A stretch of 64,000 bases of DNA from Terriglobia bacterium (lineage in GTDB: Bacteria > Acidobacteriota > Polarisedimenticolia > Polarisedimenticolales > JAIQFR01): assembly GCA_963748015.1 (NCBI GenBank), contig CAVVHE010000005.1:128001-192000 (forward strand), given 5' to 3'. Position 1 is the first letter of the stretch, and the number at the start of each line of letters is the position of its first letter. The position numbers and the translations under genes are program-made. The notes below the pieces were generated by a model, which was given only the letters and a program-made list of their open reading frames with translations, did no database searches and was not told the DNA's origin. This document shows positions 15,904-27,018 of the stretch, piece after piece.

Positions 15904-17196
15904 ATGGCTGAAACCGCTGAATTGAAAATTGGAGGCGAGACCTACACACTGCCGGTGATCGAGGGTTCCGAGAAGGAGCGCGCCATTGACATCTCCAAGC
16001 TGCGCGCGGAAAGCGGTTGCATCACCCTCGATGACGGCTATGGCAATACTGGCTCCTGCAAGAGCAGCATCACCTTCATTGACGGGGAAAAGGGGATTCT
16101 GCGTTATCGCGGGTACTCGATCGAGGAGTTGGCGGTCAAATCGACCTTCATCGAGGTGGCGCACCTGCTGATCTGGGGCAACCTGCCTACCAGCGTGGAG
16201 TTGCAGCGGTTCTCGAACATGCTCACCGAGAACTCGATGATCCACGAGGACATGAAGTTCCATTTCGAGGGGTTCCCGCGCAGCGCGCATCCCATGGCCA
16301 TCCTCTCCTCGATGATCAACGCGTCGAGCTGCTTTCACCCGGAACTGCTCAGCACCAAGTTTGGGAAGGAAAACCTCTTTCAGCAGGCGGCCAGCCTGCT
16401 GTCCCAGGTCCGCACCATCGCCGCATTCGCCTACCGCAAGTCGCGCGGGCTGCCCATCATTTATCCCAAGCTGGAATACAAGTACACCGCCAATTTCCTG
16501 CACATGATGTTCTCACATCCCTACCGGGACTTTCCCCTGGATCCCGAGGCGGTGCGGGCACTGGACCTGATCTTCCTGCTGCACGCCGATCATGAACAGA
16601 ACTGCTCCACGGCTACCGTCCGCATGGTGGCGTCCAGCAAGGCCAATCTCTTCGCCAGCGCGGCGGCCGGCGTCTGCGCCCTCTGGGGCCCCCTGCACGG
16701 CGGCGCCAACCAGGCCGTGCTTGAGATGCTCGATGCCATTCACCGCGATGGCGACGATGGCTCCCGATTCATCGAAGCGGCCAAGGACAAGAACAGCGGC
16801 AAGAAGCTGATGGGCTTCGGCCACCGCGTTTACAAGAACTACGATCCCCGGGCCAAGATCATCAAGAAGGCTTGCGACGAAGTGCTGGCCAAGCTGAACA
16901 AGGCGGACCCCCTGCTGGACATCGCCAAGAAGCTTGAGGAAACCGCCCTCAAGGAAGATTACTTCATCGAGCGCAACCTTTATCCGAACGTGGATTTCTA
17001 CAGCGGAATCATCATGCGCGCGCTGGGCATCCCCGTGGAAATGTTCACCGTCATCTTCGCCATCGGACGCATGCCCGGCTGGATCGCCAACTTCAAGGAA
17101 GTGGCCGAGGATCCCAAGGGCCGGATCTACCGTCCTCGCCAGATCTACACCGGCCAAACCCTGCGATCATACCTGCCCATCAAGGATCGAGGGTAG
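15904..17196 (+). CDS. gltA: Citrate synthase (type II)
   Basis: [60 protein letters not shown]. Confidence 0.97.
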   Translation: MAETAELKIGGETYTLPVIEGSEKERAIDISKLRAESGCITLDDGYGNTGSCKSSITFIDGEKGILRYRGYSIEELAVKSTFIEVAHLLIWGNLPTSVELQRFSNMLTENSMIHEDMKFHFEGFPRSAHPMAILSSMINASSCFHPELLSTKFGKENLFQQAASLLSQVRTIAAFAYRKSRGLPIIYPKLEYKYTANFLHMMFSHPYRDFPLDPEAVRALDLIFLLHADHEQNCSTATVRMVASSKANLFASAAAGVCALWGPLHGGANQAVLEMLDAIHRDGDDGSRFIEAAKDKNSGKKLMGFGHRVYKNYDPRAKIIKKACDEVLAKLNKADPLLDIAKKLEETALKEDYFIERNLYPNVDFYSGIIMRALGIPVEMFTVIFAIGRMPGWIANFKEVAEDPKGRIYRPRQIYTGQTLRSYLPIKDRG

Positions 17197-17309
17197 GCTT
17201 ATGATCCGGATAGACACGCCCATCCTCACATCGGCAGCCCGTCGCGGCCATTGATCGATGATTCGTTCATGATTCGGCGGGGGCGCGGTTAAACGTTGGT
17301 CCTAGACGC

Positions 17310-17338
17310 TTGACGGTCAGCGATTCGTTTCATAAAGT
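17310..17338 (+). promoter_or_regulatory. Sigma70-like promoter of tRNA-Asp
   Basis: TTGACG, 17-bp spacer, TAAAGT just upstream of the tRNA. Confidence 0.65.
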
Positions 17339-17352
17339 TACAGCCCCATTGC

Positions 17353-17429
17353 GGGGGCGTAGCTCAATTGGTTAGAGCGCTGCCCTGTCACGGCAGAGGT
17401 TGCGGGTTCGAGCCCCGTCGCTCCCGCCA
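17353..17429 (+). tRNA. tRNA-Asp(GTC)
   Basis: GGGGGCG/CGCTCCC acceptor stem, anticodon arm ctgcc-ctGTCac-ggcag, GGTTCGAG T-loop, encoded CCA. Confidence 0.97.
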
Positions 17430-17643
17430 TTTTTACTCGGGAATCGTAGAGCTCTTATACTTCCTGACAACCCCCTGACAAAATCAGGTCAGGAAGGGGG
17501 GCTGTTCTTCGGACGATGGGACAGCTTCCCGGCTATGAGCGCTCCTCGAATCGGAACATAGCTCGCCTACGTCAGACTGAACATCCAACCACCTTGCCCG
17601 TCGCGTGGCTCTGTCGCGGTCAACAACACGTCGTTTGACCCGT

Positions 17644-18492
17644 TTACGAACCCTCTACGCCCCGTACCAGGTAACTGCCGGATTTCTGGTCCGGTTCCAG
17701 TTTCAACAATCCCCTCTTTTGAGCCTCGATCAGCAGTTCATTGAAGCTCCGAAAGCCGTAGGCGCGTTCGTTGAAGCCGGGGTTTCGCCTCCTGATCGCC
17801 TGCTTGATCATGGAAGCCCAGACGGGTTCGTCCGGGCCGCGTTCCTCGGCCAGCGCTTCCAGGGTTTTCTCCACTTCGTCAAACGCCTCCTTCGGCAACA
17901 GCAACTGGGGTTGGCCAATGACGGGCTTGCGGGTCGGCTCGGAAGGATGTGCGGCCTCGCCCGCACTTGTCCGGGCGGAGACCACCTTGGCTGGCACGGG
18001 TTTCCTCGGCACTTGCGCCCGCACCAGATCGTCGTAGTAAAGAAACTCGTCGCAGTTGTTGATGAAGAGGTCGGCAGTCGAGTTCTTCACCCCCATGCCG
18101 ATCACGGTCTTGGCGTTCTCGCGCAGCTTGCTGACCAACGGAGAAAAGTCCGAGTCGCCGCTGATGATGACGAAGGTGTCCACGTGACTCTTCGTGTAGC
18201 AGAGGTCCAGGGCGTCCACGACCATTCGAATGTCCGCGGAATTCTTGCCGGACTGCCGCAAGTGGGGAATCTCGATCAACTCGAAGGCCGCCTCGTGTAG
18301 GTCGCGCTTGAACTCCTTGTAACGGTCGAAATCGCAATAGGCCTTCTTCACCACGATGTGGCCCTTGAGAAGCAGCCGATCGAGGATCCTCTGGATGTCG
18401 AGCCGCGGATACTTCGCGTCGCGTGCGCCGAGGGCGATGTTTTCAAGGTCGAGAAATACGGCCATCGTAGCGTCAGAAGTGGAAGCGTTCAT
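17644..18492 (-). CDS. NYN domain protein (LabA/DUF88) with C-terminal OST-HTH/LOTUS
   Basis: AVFLDLEN, GKNSADIRMVVDA, ISGDSDFSPL, CDEFLYY; C-terminal PGFNERAYGFRSFNELL. Confidence 0.9.
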   Translation of the reverse strand: MNASTSDATMAVFLDLENIALGARDAKYPRLDIQRILDRLLLKGHIVVKKAYCDFDRYKEFKRDLHEAAFELIEIPHLRQSGKNSADIRMVVDALDLCYTKSHVDTFVIISGDSDFSPLVSKLRENAKTVIGMGVKNSTADLFINNCDEFLYYDDLVRAQVPRKPVPAKVVSARTSAGEAAHPSEPTRKPVIGQPQLLLPKEAFDEVEKTLEALAEERGPDEPVWASMIKQAIRRRNPGFNERAYGFRSFNELLIEAQKRGLLKLEPDQKSGSYLVRGVEGS

Positions 18493-18503
18493 ACGGAAAT
18501 ATA

Positions 18504-20276
18504 TTATACCGGCTCGGCGATCAAGTCGTAGTCGGTGTGCCCGATCACCCGGACACTGGCGAATTGGCCGACGGGGACCTGGCCTCGGATGTAGACCCGG
18601 CCGTCGATGTCCGGGGCGTCCGCTTCGCCGCGGGCGACGTGGTAGCGGCCCTTGAGTGGGGACACGTGATCATCGTTGGTGCGGTTCAGTCCGTGTTCCC
18701 GGGAGGACAGTCTGGCCGTCTGGAGCTGTTTGGCCGTCGCCTCGCCTTCTACCAGCACTCGGATTGTGCGGCCGACAAAGGATTGGGCGACTTGCACCGC
18801 CACCTTGTGTTGCACCGCCATGGCCTCCTGTCGGCGACGCTGCTTCTCCTTGGCAGCAACCTGTCCCGCCATCGAGCCGGCGCGGGTTCCGTCCTCCTTC
18901 GAGTAGGTGAACACGCCCAGTCGTTCGAACCGTGTCTGGCGGATGAACTCCAGCAGCGATTCAAAGCTCGCCCGGGTTTCGCCCGGGAATCCGACAATGA
19001 ATGTGGTGCGCAACGCGATACCGGGCACCCCGGAGCGGATTCGTCCCAGCAGATCCTGAATGTAGGCACGCGAGGTTTCGCGGCGCATCCGTTCCAGCAT
19101 GTTGTCGTGAATGTGTTGCAGTGGAATGTCCACGTAACGCGCCACCTTGCGGCATGCCGCCATGGTCTCGATCAACTCGTCTGTCCAATGCGCCGGATGC
19201 GTGTAGAGGATCCGGATCCAGAACTCCCCGCGCAGGGCGTCCAACTCGCGCAACAAGCTGCAAAGCGTGGTGGCATCGGACGCCAGGGACCGGGTCGCCG
19301 TCCCGAACCGTTCCGGCGACGAGATGGCCCGGCTGTGGTTCGACCGCAGGTCGAGTCCGTAGTAGGTGGAATCCTGGGAGATCAGGTTGATTTCCTTCAC
19401 GCCCTCCCGGAGAAGCTGTTTTACCTCACGCACCACATCCGCCTGCGGACGGCTGCGGTGCGAGCCGCGCATGCGGGGAATGATGCAGAAGCTGCACGGG
19501 TGATTGCAGCCCTCTGCAATTTTCACGTAGGCGAAGTGCCGCGGCGTCAGCCGAAACCGTGGCGTCGCGTAGTCGGGAATGTAAGTCGGACGCGCCTCCA
19601 CCTGCACCAGATCCGGCTCCTGAGCTCTCCCCCACTTCTTCTGCCCCTGCTGTCCCTCCTGATTCAAACCGCTATCGGGCCGATCCGTGTCACGTGCTGT
19701 GTGGTGCCTCAATGGGGAGACGACCGTCCTGGTGTTCCCGAACCCTGTCGTGCCTCGAAGGCCATTTTGCCTTTCATGATCTGCAGGAGCCTTCATGGCA
19801 TCCAGTTCCGCCAGCGCCTCCGCGATCACCGGCTTTAGCCGCCTCGGACTTCGGGCTTCGGACTTCGGACTTAACACCTTCCCCTGCCTCCGAGCCAGCG
19901 CCTCCCGGACAATCCGGCCCGCCTCTGCCACCTGGTCGATACCCATAAACGCGTCCACTTCGGGAAACAAGGCGGGCAACTGGTCGCGGAACCGCTGGCT
20001 CAGGCAGCCGGACACCACCAGCCCCTGTCCTTGGTTCTGAGTTTCGCGAACCTCGGCGGATTCCAGGATGGTGTCCACGCTTTCCTCTTGGGCGGCGTCG
20101 ATGAAGGAGCAGGTATTGACGATCACCACGTCGGCCTGCCGTGGGTCAGCGGTGATTTCCATGTCGTCCTGGAGCAGGGCGCCCAGCATGATCTCGGCGT
20201 CCACCAGGTTCTTGGCGCACCCGAGCGAGATCAGGCCCACGCGCAGCGCGCGTGGAGTCGATGGCGCTTTTCTCAT
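18504..20276 (-). CDS. rimO: Ribosomal protein S12 methylthiotransferase RimO
   Basis: SLGCAKNLVDAE, NTCSFI, GCL, KIAEGCNHPCSFCIIP, LRTTFIVGFPGET, TRAM-like DAPDIDG. Confidence 0.93.
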   Translation of the reverse strand: MRKAPSTPRALRVGLISLGCAKNLVDAEIMLGALLQDDMEITADPRQADVVIVNTCSFIDAAQEESVDTILESAEVRETQNQGQGLVVSGCLSQRFRDQLPALFPEVDAFMGIDQVAEAGRIVREALARRQGKVLSPKSEARSPRRLKPVIAEALAELDAMKAPADHERQNGLRGTTGFGNTRTVVSPLRHHTARDTDRPDSGLNQEGQQGQKKWGRAQEPDLVQVEARPTYIPDYATPRFRLTPRHFAYVKIAEGCNHPCSFCIIPRMRGSHRSRPQADVVREVKQLLREGVKEINLISQDSTYYGLDLRSNHSRAISSPERFGTATRSLASDATTLCSLLRELDALRGEFWIRILYTHPAHWTDELIETMAACRKVARYVDIPLQHIHDNMLERMRRETSRAYIQDLLGRIRSGVPGIALRTTFIVGFPGETRASFESLLEFIRQTRFERLGVFTYSKEDGTRAGSMAGQVAAKEKQRRRQEAMAVQHKVAVQVAQSFVGRTIRVLVEGEATAKQLQTARLSSREHGLNRTNDDHVSPLKGRYHVARGEADAPDIDGRVYIRGQVPVGQFASVRVIGHTDYDLIAEPV

Positions 20277-20909
20277 AAGCAGAGGAAAATAGGCTGCGAC
20301 CCCTGCAGAGACAATCATGGATTCCGACCGGCATTCGGAGCGGGGCGGCGTGCGCACATTGCTCCGTGACGGCGAATTCAACCGGTGAAGTCGTGTTCAT
20401 CGAGGCTTGCGACCCAATGAGTCCGCGTTCGGCTTTCATGGCAGTGCCTCGACGTGGGGAAGTGCCCTCCTGTCGGCCAGTCAGGGCGCATCAGTTTCAT
20501 GCAGGGTAGTGCAGGCTCCGGGGCTGAACACGACCTGCCAGGAGTCTACCCTTCACCTCAAGCCCGGCGGCCTGTTGCTGTTGCCCGAACCGCTGGCCGT
20601 GGTGGCGGCGCAAGTTGCGTGCACGCGTAAACATTCCATTGAATGCCTGGCCCGTCCATGCTTGGAGCCGCCGCGCCCCGACTGGCAGAACGCGGCAGAC
20701 GGTTTCCAGGCAGAACAGCGCGCGGTTCCGTGGAACGGGGGCAGTGGAGGATGGCAGCGATGCTGGTAGGCTTGTAGTCAATGCGCGCTTCCAGCAAAGC
20801 CACCGCGCCAGCGTGCTCCAAGAGTGAGATGCCCCCGGCAGCCGAATTCTCAAGGAATCCCTCTTGCGCTGACTCGGAACTCTGGCACAATATCAATCCG
20901 CAGTCGGAT

Positions 20910-20986
<77 letters not shown>

Positions 20987-20990
20987 ATTT

Positions 20991-21023
20991 TAAGCCCCTG
21001 CGAGCCTGGCTCGCAGGGGCTTA
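20991..21023 (+). terminator. Hairpin after tRNA-fMet (probable terminator)
   Basis: taagcccctgcgagcc-t-ggctcgcaggggctta inverted repeat. Confidence 0.7.
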
Positions 21024-21419
21024 TTGCGTACGCTTGCACGCCGTGCAATGCTGTGCAAGACCCTGCAATGATAGGCAATTCCGTGCAAGGAAACCAAACA
21101 ATCGCCAAATATTTGGCGCCCGAAATCGACCGGGAACACGCCACGTCGAGGTCGGCACGCTGAACGGGCGTTTTTCCGCGCCACCCAGCCCAACCCCGGT
21201 TTTGGGCGCACTGTGGCGCACTGTGATCGCTTTCCAAATAATCGCCAAATTTCCGGGTCGCCAGCGTGCGAAAAGCCTAGGAAATCCGAGGGGCGCGGCA
21301 GGCCCCGTTAGGCGTTGGCCTGAAGGGCTCACCCGCCTATTGGCCATTTAGATGCGTTTGCCCTGCTTCGATGCACATCCGGGGTTGTGTCTTATTCAGT
21401 TTACTGATAAGCGTTGTTC

Positions 21420-24209
21420 ATGAAGCTCCCTGCGTCGTCGCAGCTTGTCTGCATTACCTTCGCAACGATAACTCTGTTCGCGTCTCGATCCTTCGCCGCC
21501 ACGCTCTATGTCGACGTGAACAGCACCAATCCCGTCCCGCCCTACACCAACTGGGCGACGGCAGCCAACGTGATCCAGGATGCGGTGGATGCGGCGGTGG
21601 TCGGGGACACGGTCTGGGTGACCAACGGCACCTACAACACCGGGGGCAAGGTCATGGCGGATGATCTGACGAACCGGGTGGTTTTGGATAAAGCGGTGAC
21701 GTTGCGGAGTGTGAATGGAGCAGGAGTAACGACTATTCAGGGACAGGATTGGACCGAAACCAACGCGCTGCGTTGTGCTTGGATGACAAACGGTGCTGTT
21801 TTGCGCGGTTTTAGGCTCCTGCGAGGAGCAAGCGGCGGTTCCGGCGGAGGTGTTTGGTGCAATTCGACGAACTGTCTTGTCGAGCTATGCAGCATTGAAT
21901 ACAGCAGTGCTGAGAGCGATGGTGGTGGGGCTTACCGGGGGACCCTGTCTGAGTGTGACCTCATCGGAAACCAAGCTGGGCACGAAGGCGGGGGCGCATG
22001 GGGCAGTGTCTTGGCGAATTGCCAGGTCAAGGGTAACACCGCTCACATCTCTGGGGGCGGCGTTGCGCGTGGCACGGTCACCTCCTCAATCCTGATGGAC
22101 AATATCGCTGAGATGCTGAACGGAGGAGGAGCATTCGAATGCGTGATTATGAGTTCAGCTATTGTGAGGAATGAAGCGGGAAACGGCGGCGGCGGCGCCT
22201 ATCGGGGGTCGACCTACAGTTCCACCATCACCGGGAACCATGCCGGGTACAGTGGTGGAGGCTACTATCTATCGACGGGAGTGGCCCGGAACTGCGTCGT
22301 CTACAACAACACGAGCGACAGCTCTGGCGACAATTACTACCCTTATCCGGTTCCGACCAACTGGTTCCAGTATAGTTGCTCGACACCATTGCCATCAGGT
22401 AGTGGTAATATCAGTGCTGACCCTGAGTTGGTCTCGGATGGAATCCACATTACAGAAGGATCTCCGTGTCGTGGAGCGGGGAATGCCCTTTACTCAAGCG
22501 GCACTGATATCGATGGGCAGCCTTGGACAAATTCGCCTTCGATGGGGTGCGACGAGTGGTATGCAGAACCCGTAATCGCTGGCGCCCCTGTAGTTGATTG
22601 GGCGGGGCCTATCGGTTCGATAACTCTTACGGCCGTCGCCGGGGGTTCGGAGCCGTTGAGCTACCTATGGCTTTTTGACGGAAGTCCTTTGCAAGACGGC
22701 AGCACTTACACAAACGTTGAAACCGCAAGCTTGGAGATTGCAGTCGCAGACCCGACGGTTGCCGGTGGCTACCAAATGGTGGCAAGCAACGCATACGGAA
22801 TGACTACAGGCCACGTTGGCTACCTGAAAATGCGCTTCGTTTCAAATGCGGCGTCGACTCCGCAACCTCCGTATTCAGATTGGGGGTCTGCAGCTAAGAC
22901 AATTCAACAAGCCGTCGATGCGTCGTCCTACGGCGAAGTCGTTGTGGTGACCAACGGCACGTATGCGGATGGGGGACGCTCTCTGATCGGTGACCTGACC
23001 AACCGGGTGGCAATCGACCGCGAGATCTTCGTGCTGAGTGTGAACGGCCCGGATGTTACGATCATCCAGGGGTCGAAAGACCCCGTCTCAACCAACGGTC
23101 CTGCTGCAGTGCGTTGCGTTTGCATGGATTCCGATGGCGCTGCGATCAAGGGTTTCACACTCACTGGCGGTGCGACGTTGTCCTCTGGACTGCCACAGGA
23201 TCAACACGCGGGAGGCATCCTGGGAGGTAACGGGCTCTCGGGGGGAACCGCGGCCAATTGCAAGATCGCCAATAACGATGCCAGCGTTCAAGGCGGTGGT
23301 GCCGATTATGCGGTTCTTGTCAATTGTGAGGTCTATGGGAACCGTGCCCAGAGTGGTGCCGGTGTTTCCGGAGGCGCAATGTTTAACACGATCGTTAGCG
23401 GTAACACGGCGACGTTGTTCGCAGGCGGGCTCCGACAGGGAGCCGCCTACAACTCGATCATCTACCAGAATTCGGCTCCAAGTGCGCCCAACTATCAACT
23501 GTTTCCTTATAACAGCGTGACCTACTCCTGCACGTATCCGGCTCGGTCTGGCTCTGGAAATATCGCAAACGATCCGCTGCTCATGAGCAGTGGGCGTGTC
23601 GCAATCCAGTCTCCCTGTAGGGGGATGGGATCAGCAGGATACGTCCGCGGGGTGGACATTGATGGCGAGGTGTGGCTGAACCCGCCCCCCATGGGGTGCG
23701 ACGAAGTTTACGAGGCAGAGTTGGTCGGGCTATTGCTGGTATCCATTGAAGTGCCCGACACCAACGTTGTTCAAGGCGTGGCACTCCCGCTCACTGGCCT
23801 GATTGAAGGTCGGGCTGCCCGTCTGGCATGGGATTTTGACGATGGGGTGATCGCGACGAACGTGAGCTACATCACCTCGCACAGTTGGACAAATGCTGGC
23901 GATTACACTCTGACCTTCACCGCGTACAACATGGATAACCCGTCTGGAGTCAGCACAAATACCGTGATTCACGTGCTGCCGCTGGAAGCACCTCTGTTGA
24001 CCTCCGGCAGCTACGACACCAACTCCACCTTCAGCTTGGAGTTCACCAGTCAAGCCGGGGTCAGCTACTTGGTCGAGCAGGCCACGAACCTGACGCCGCC
24101 AGTGGTCTGGTCCACGGTAACCACGCGGACTGGCAGCGGAGGAACGGAGCAAGTGAACGATTCCGCCGCGACCAACGCCATGCGCTTCTACCGCGTCAGC
24201 GTGCCATAG
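21420..24209 (+). CDS. Secreted protein with two beta-helix/GGG-repeat modules, Ig-like and PKD domains
   Basis: Signal peptide, duplicated PPY..W..AA..IQ.AVD module, N.A..GGG repeats, SPCRG.G..DIDG..MGCDE, PKD-like WDFDDG..HSW..G.Y. Confidence 0.85.
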   Translation: MKLPASSQLVCITFATITLFASRSFAATLYVDVNSTNPVPPYTNWATAANVIQDAVDAAVVGDTVWVTNGTYNTGGKVMADDLTNRVVLDKAVTLRSVNGAGVTTIQGQDWTETNALRCAWMTNGAVLRGFRLLRGASGGSGGGVWCNSTNCLVELCSIEYSSAESDGGGAYRGTLSECDLIGNQAGHEGGGAWGSVLANCQVKGNTAHISGGGVARGTVTSSILMDNIAEMLNGGGAFECVIMSSAIVRNEAGNGGGGAYRGSTYSSTITGNHAGYSGGGYYLSTGVARNCVVYNNTSDSSGDNYYPYPVPTNWFQYSCSTPLPSGSGNISADPELVSDGIHITEGSPCRGAGNALYSSGTDIDGQPWTNSPSMGCDEWYAEPVIAGAPVVDWAGPIGSITLTAVAGGSEPLSYLWLFDGSPLQDGSTYTNVETASLEIAVADPTVAGGYQMVASNAYGMTTGHVGYLKMRFVSNAASTPQPPYSDWGSAAKTIQQAVDASSYGEVVVVTNGTYADGGRSLIGDLTNRVAIDREIFVLSVNGPDVTIIQGSKDPVSTNGPAAVRCVCMDSDGAAIKGFTLTGGATLSSGLPQDQHAGGILGGNGLSGGTAANCKIANNDASVQGGGADYAVLVNCEVYGNRAQSGAGVSGGAMFNTIVSGNTATLFAGGLRQGAAYNSIIYQNSAPSAPNYQLFPYNSVTYSCTYPARSGSGNIANDPLLMSSGRVAIQSPCRGMGSAGYVRGVDIDGEVWLNPPPMGCDEVYEAELVGLLLVSIEVPDTNVVQGVALPLTGLIEGRAARLAWDFDDGVIATNVSYITSHSWTNAGDYTLTFTAYNMDNPSGVSTNTVIHVLPLEAPLLTSGSYDTNSTFSLEFTSQAGVSYLVEQATNLTPPVVWSTVTTRTGSGGTEQVNDSAATNAMRFYRVSVP

Positions 24210-24263
24210 CAAGTCGCTGGATCTTCACCCCCCCCGCCAGCGCCGCATCCACCGCGGCCCAGG

Positions 24264-25106
24264 GGCAACTGCATGGACACGAATGAGGGGGGGCAGATGA
24301 ATTGCCCTTGCACACGGTCAACATCTCGGCCTTCTACATGGACCGGTATGAGGTCACGAGGGCATTGTGGGAGAATGTTCGGGCGTGGGGATTGACCAAT
24401 AGCTATACGGATTTGCCGCTGTACCTGACACGCCCCGAACCCAACTATCCGTATCTAGCGAATAGCTGGCATGGGATGGTGAAGTGGTGCAATGCGCGCA
24501 GCGAGAAGGAGGGGATGACGCCTGTATACTGCACCGAGGCCAGCTTGAGCACGGTCTACAGGACCGGAGTTTTGAACCTGTCCAACGAGTGGGTCAGGTG
24601 GAATGCCAACGGTTATCGGTTGCCAACCGAGGCAGAATGGGAGAAGGCGGCGCGGGGTGGGGACACCAGGACACCGATTCCCGTGGAGTGATGTGGAAAC
24701 CGTTGATCACAGTCGGGCGAACTATTTCGTGTCGCAGTCATCTGGCACCAACGACTACACCTATGACACCAGCCCGACGGCAGGCTACAACCCAATAGTC
24801 GCATCGGGCAGTCTCCCCAAGACCAGTCCTGTGGGGTGTTTTGCGCCGAATGGGTATGGGTTGTATGACATGGCTGGCAACGTGTCGGAGTGGTGTTGGG
24901 ATTGGTATGCGGATTCCTATTATGGCAGTTCACCTACGAATGATCCCAGAGGCCTAGACTCAGGTTCCGATCGCGTGGTTCGCGGCGGCGGTTGGTTCAA
25001 CACCGCTGACATCTGCCGGACAGCGTGCCGCGGCTTCTTCGCCCCCTCCCAGAACTACGGCTGGTACAGCCCGACCTTCCGTTGTGTTCGTGTCGCAGGA
25101 CCGTGA
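24264..25106 (+). pseudogene. Formylglycine-generating enzyme/SUMF1-domain protein, 5'-truncated and frameshifted
   Basis: ELPLHTV..SAFYMDRYEVT, YRLPTEAEWEKAARGG, PNGYGLYDMAGNVSEWCWD, RVVRGGGW; no start or N-terminal part. Confidence 0.8.
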
Positions 25107-25176
25107 TCTCAGGAGTGAGAGGAAGAACGTCACTTCAACCACCTCACCACCGGCCGCAGTGAACACTTGAACCTCG

Positions 25177-26850
25177 CTATTCCGGCACGCTCACCCGATA
25201 AAGGAATGATTCCCCATTCGTCGCCGTGGTGTCCGTGAATGACGTCGCGTCTGCCTGACCTGGGATTCCGCTTCCAAGCACGCTGAAGTCCGCTGCACCG
25301 TGGGTCGCACGTTCCAGAGTGTAGCTGTGGCCGCTGATGCTTTGCCAACGCACTAAGGTACCGTTGGTCTGAGGATCGGGATGCAGCATCTTCAACACGG
25401 ATTGACCATTCGTGGGGACTGTCCACATCTTCCACTCCTGCCAAGTCGTGGCTTTGTCGCCGTCACCGTCTTCGGAATTGATTGAGATGGCGGTGGATAG
25501 ACCGTACCCCTCCAGCCAGTTGAAATACGCCATCAAGGTTGGGGATTGCTGCTCATAGGCCCCCATGTCTGCGGTTCCACCAACGATTCGCAGATTACCG
25601 TCCAGATCCGTGGACGTCGTCAGATACGCGTTGTTTGCTGCATTGATACACGGTGAATTCGATTGGAGACGCAAGTCGGCCCATCCGTTAGTATCTGTGA
25701 AAAGCGGGTCATCCGTGATGTTGCCGACACCCGGGGGAAGCGGCGTAGTACAACAGTGATCGAACGTGCCAGACGCAAAGTTCCTGATACTACTGACTAT
25801 GGCCGAGTTATTATAGATTACCGAGTTCTGTACCGAGGATGAAAATGCGCCTCCCGGGCCTGTGGAAGACCCTGAATTCCCGGCAATTGTGCAGTTCAGT
25901 GCGTTGCCTCTGCTGATGGCGCCTCCGGAGCGAGCAGAGTTTGCTACGAAGAGGCAATTTTCCGCCACCCCATAGTAAGCGCCCCCGCCTTCCTGTGCGG
26001 AGTTTCCTCTCACCTCGCAATAGGTCAGGGCACTTTTTGATGCCCCACCTCCTTTGGACGCAGAATTCGCTTCAAGCAGGCAATGCAGGAGGGTGCTCTC
26101 ATGCGCTCCGCCACCTTCTTGTGTGCAAGAGTTGCTTCTGAAGGCTGACCAGGCAAAGACGCCCTGGTACACCCCGCCTCCAAAGCTGCCAGCTCGATTT
26201 GCTGTAACCAGGCAGTGATCACCTGAGCAAAACGCTGCTCCGCCGCCCAACAAAGCCGCGAGGTTATTGCTTACAATGCAGTCGATCAGCATGCCTTGAT
26301 AAACGCCACCGCCGTCATTGGCAGCGGAGTTGCCTGTCATCGTGCAATTAGAGGCCCAAGCATTCGTGGAATGACACCACAATCCGCCGCCAGATCGTTC
26401 CCGATTGATGTCACCCGCAGTTCGGGTGGCGCCGTTTGTGAGCGTAAATCCACTCAAGGATGCGCCGTTTGTTAGATAAACACAGCGGATGGCCCCATCA
26501 CCGTTGCCGCCGCCAGCGGCCTTGGCACCTTGGATTACCGTAAGCTCCGGCCCGTTCAGGCTCATCAGGGCCAGCGGCTTGTCCACGGCCACACGGTTGG
26601 TCATAGTGCCATACACGGCCCTGCCTCCGGTGGCATACAGGCCGTTGGTCACCAGCACCGTGTCACCGGCGGCAGCCGCATCAACCGCGTCCTGAATTAC
26701 GGTGGCGGCCGTTGCCCAATTGGTGTAGGGCGGGACGGGATTGGTGCTGTTGACGTCAACATAAAGCATGTCAGCAGACCCAGAACGGTCAACAAATAGG
26801 ACTGCAGCGAGGACAAAGGGAAGCAAGGTGGTACCCGTAAAACCTGCCAT
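25177..26850 (-). CDS. Secreted beta-helix/GGG-repeat protein, paralog of 21420..24209
   Basis: Signal peptide, YVDVNSTNPVPPYTNWATAA, GGG repeats, SPCINA..DLDGN.R..DMGAYE, C-terminal LYRVSVP. Confidence 0.85.
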   Translation of the reverse strand: MAGFTGTTLLPFVLAAVLFVDRSGSADMLYVDVNSTNPVPPYTNWATAATVIQDAVDAAAAGDTVLVTNGLYATGGRAVYGTMTNRVAVDKPLALMSLNGPELTVIQGAKAAGGGNGDGAIRCVYLTNGASLSGFTLTNGATRTAGDINRERSGGGLWCHSTNAWASNCTMTGNSAANDGGGVYQGMLIDCIVSNNLAALLGGGAAFCSGDHCLVTANRAGSFGGGVYQGVFAWSAFRSNSCTQEGGGAHESTLLHCLLEANSASKGGGASKSALTYCEVRGNSAQEGGGAYYGVAENCLFVANSARSGGAISRGNALNCTIAGNSGSSTGPGGAFSSSVQNSVIYNNSAIVSSIRNFASGTFDHCCTTPLPPGVGNITDDPLFTDTNGWADLRLQSNSPCINAANNAYLTTSTDLDGNLRIVGGTADMGAYEQQSPTLMAYFNWLEGYGLSTAISINSEDGDGDKATTWQEWKMWTVPTNGQSVLKMLHPDPQTNGTLVRWQSISGHSYTLERATHGAADFSVLGSGIPGQADATSFTDTTATNGESFLYRVSVPE

Positions 26851-27018
26851 GGCCTCTACTTACCAAGACATGCAGAAAACATCAACTCTTGACGTACTGG
26901 ATTTGTCGGCACTGCAACACTCTCGATGCTTTGGGTGAAGGGAACACGCCAGAGTGTCCACAGCAGTCGAATCGGAACGAGCAGAGATTGACCGTTGCGA
27001 GACACGGAGCACACGCCC

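Noticed and set aside
21275..21313. GTTAGGC as an attC core
   Set aside because: No matching RYYYAAC and only a weak hairpin.
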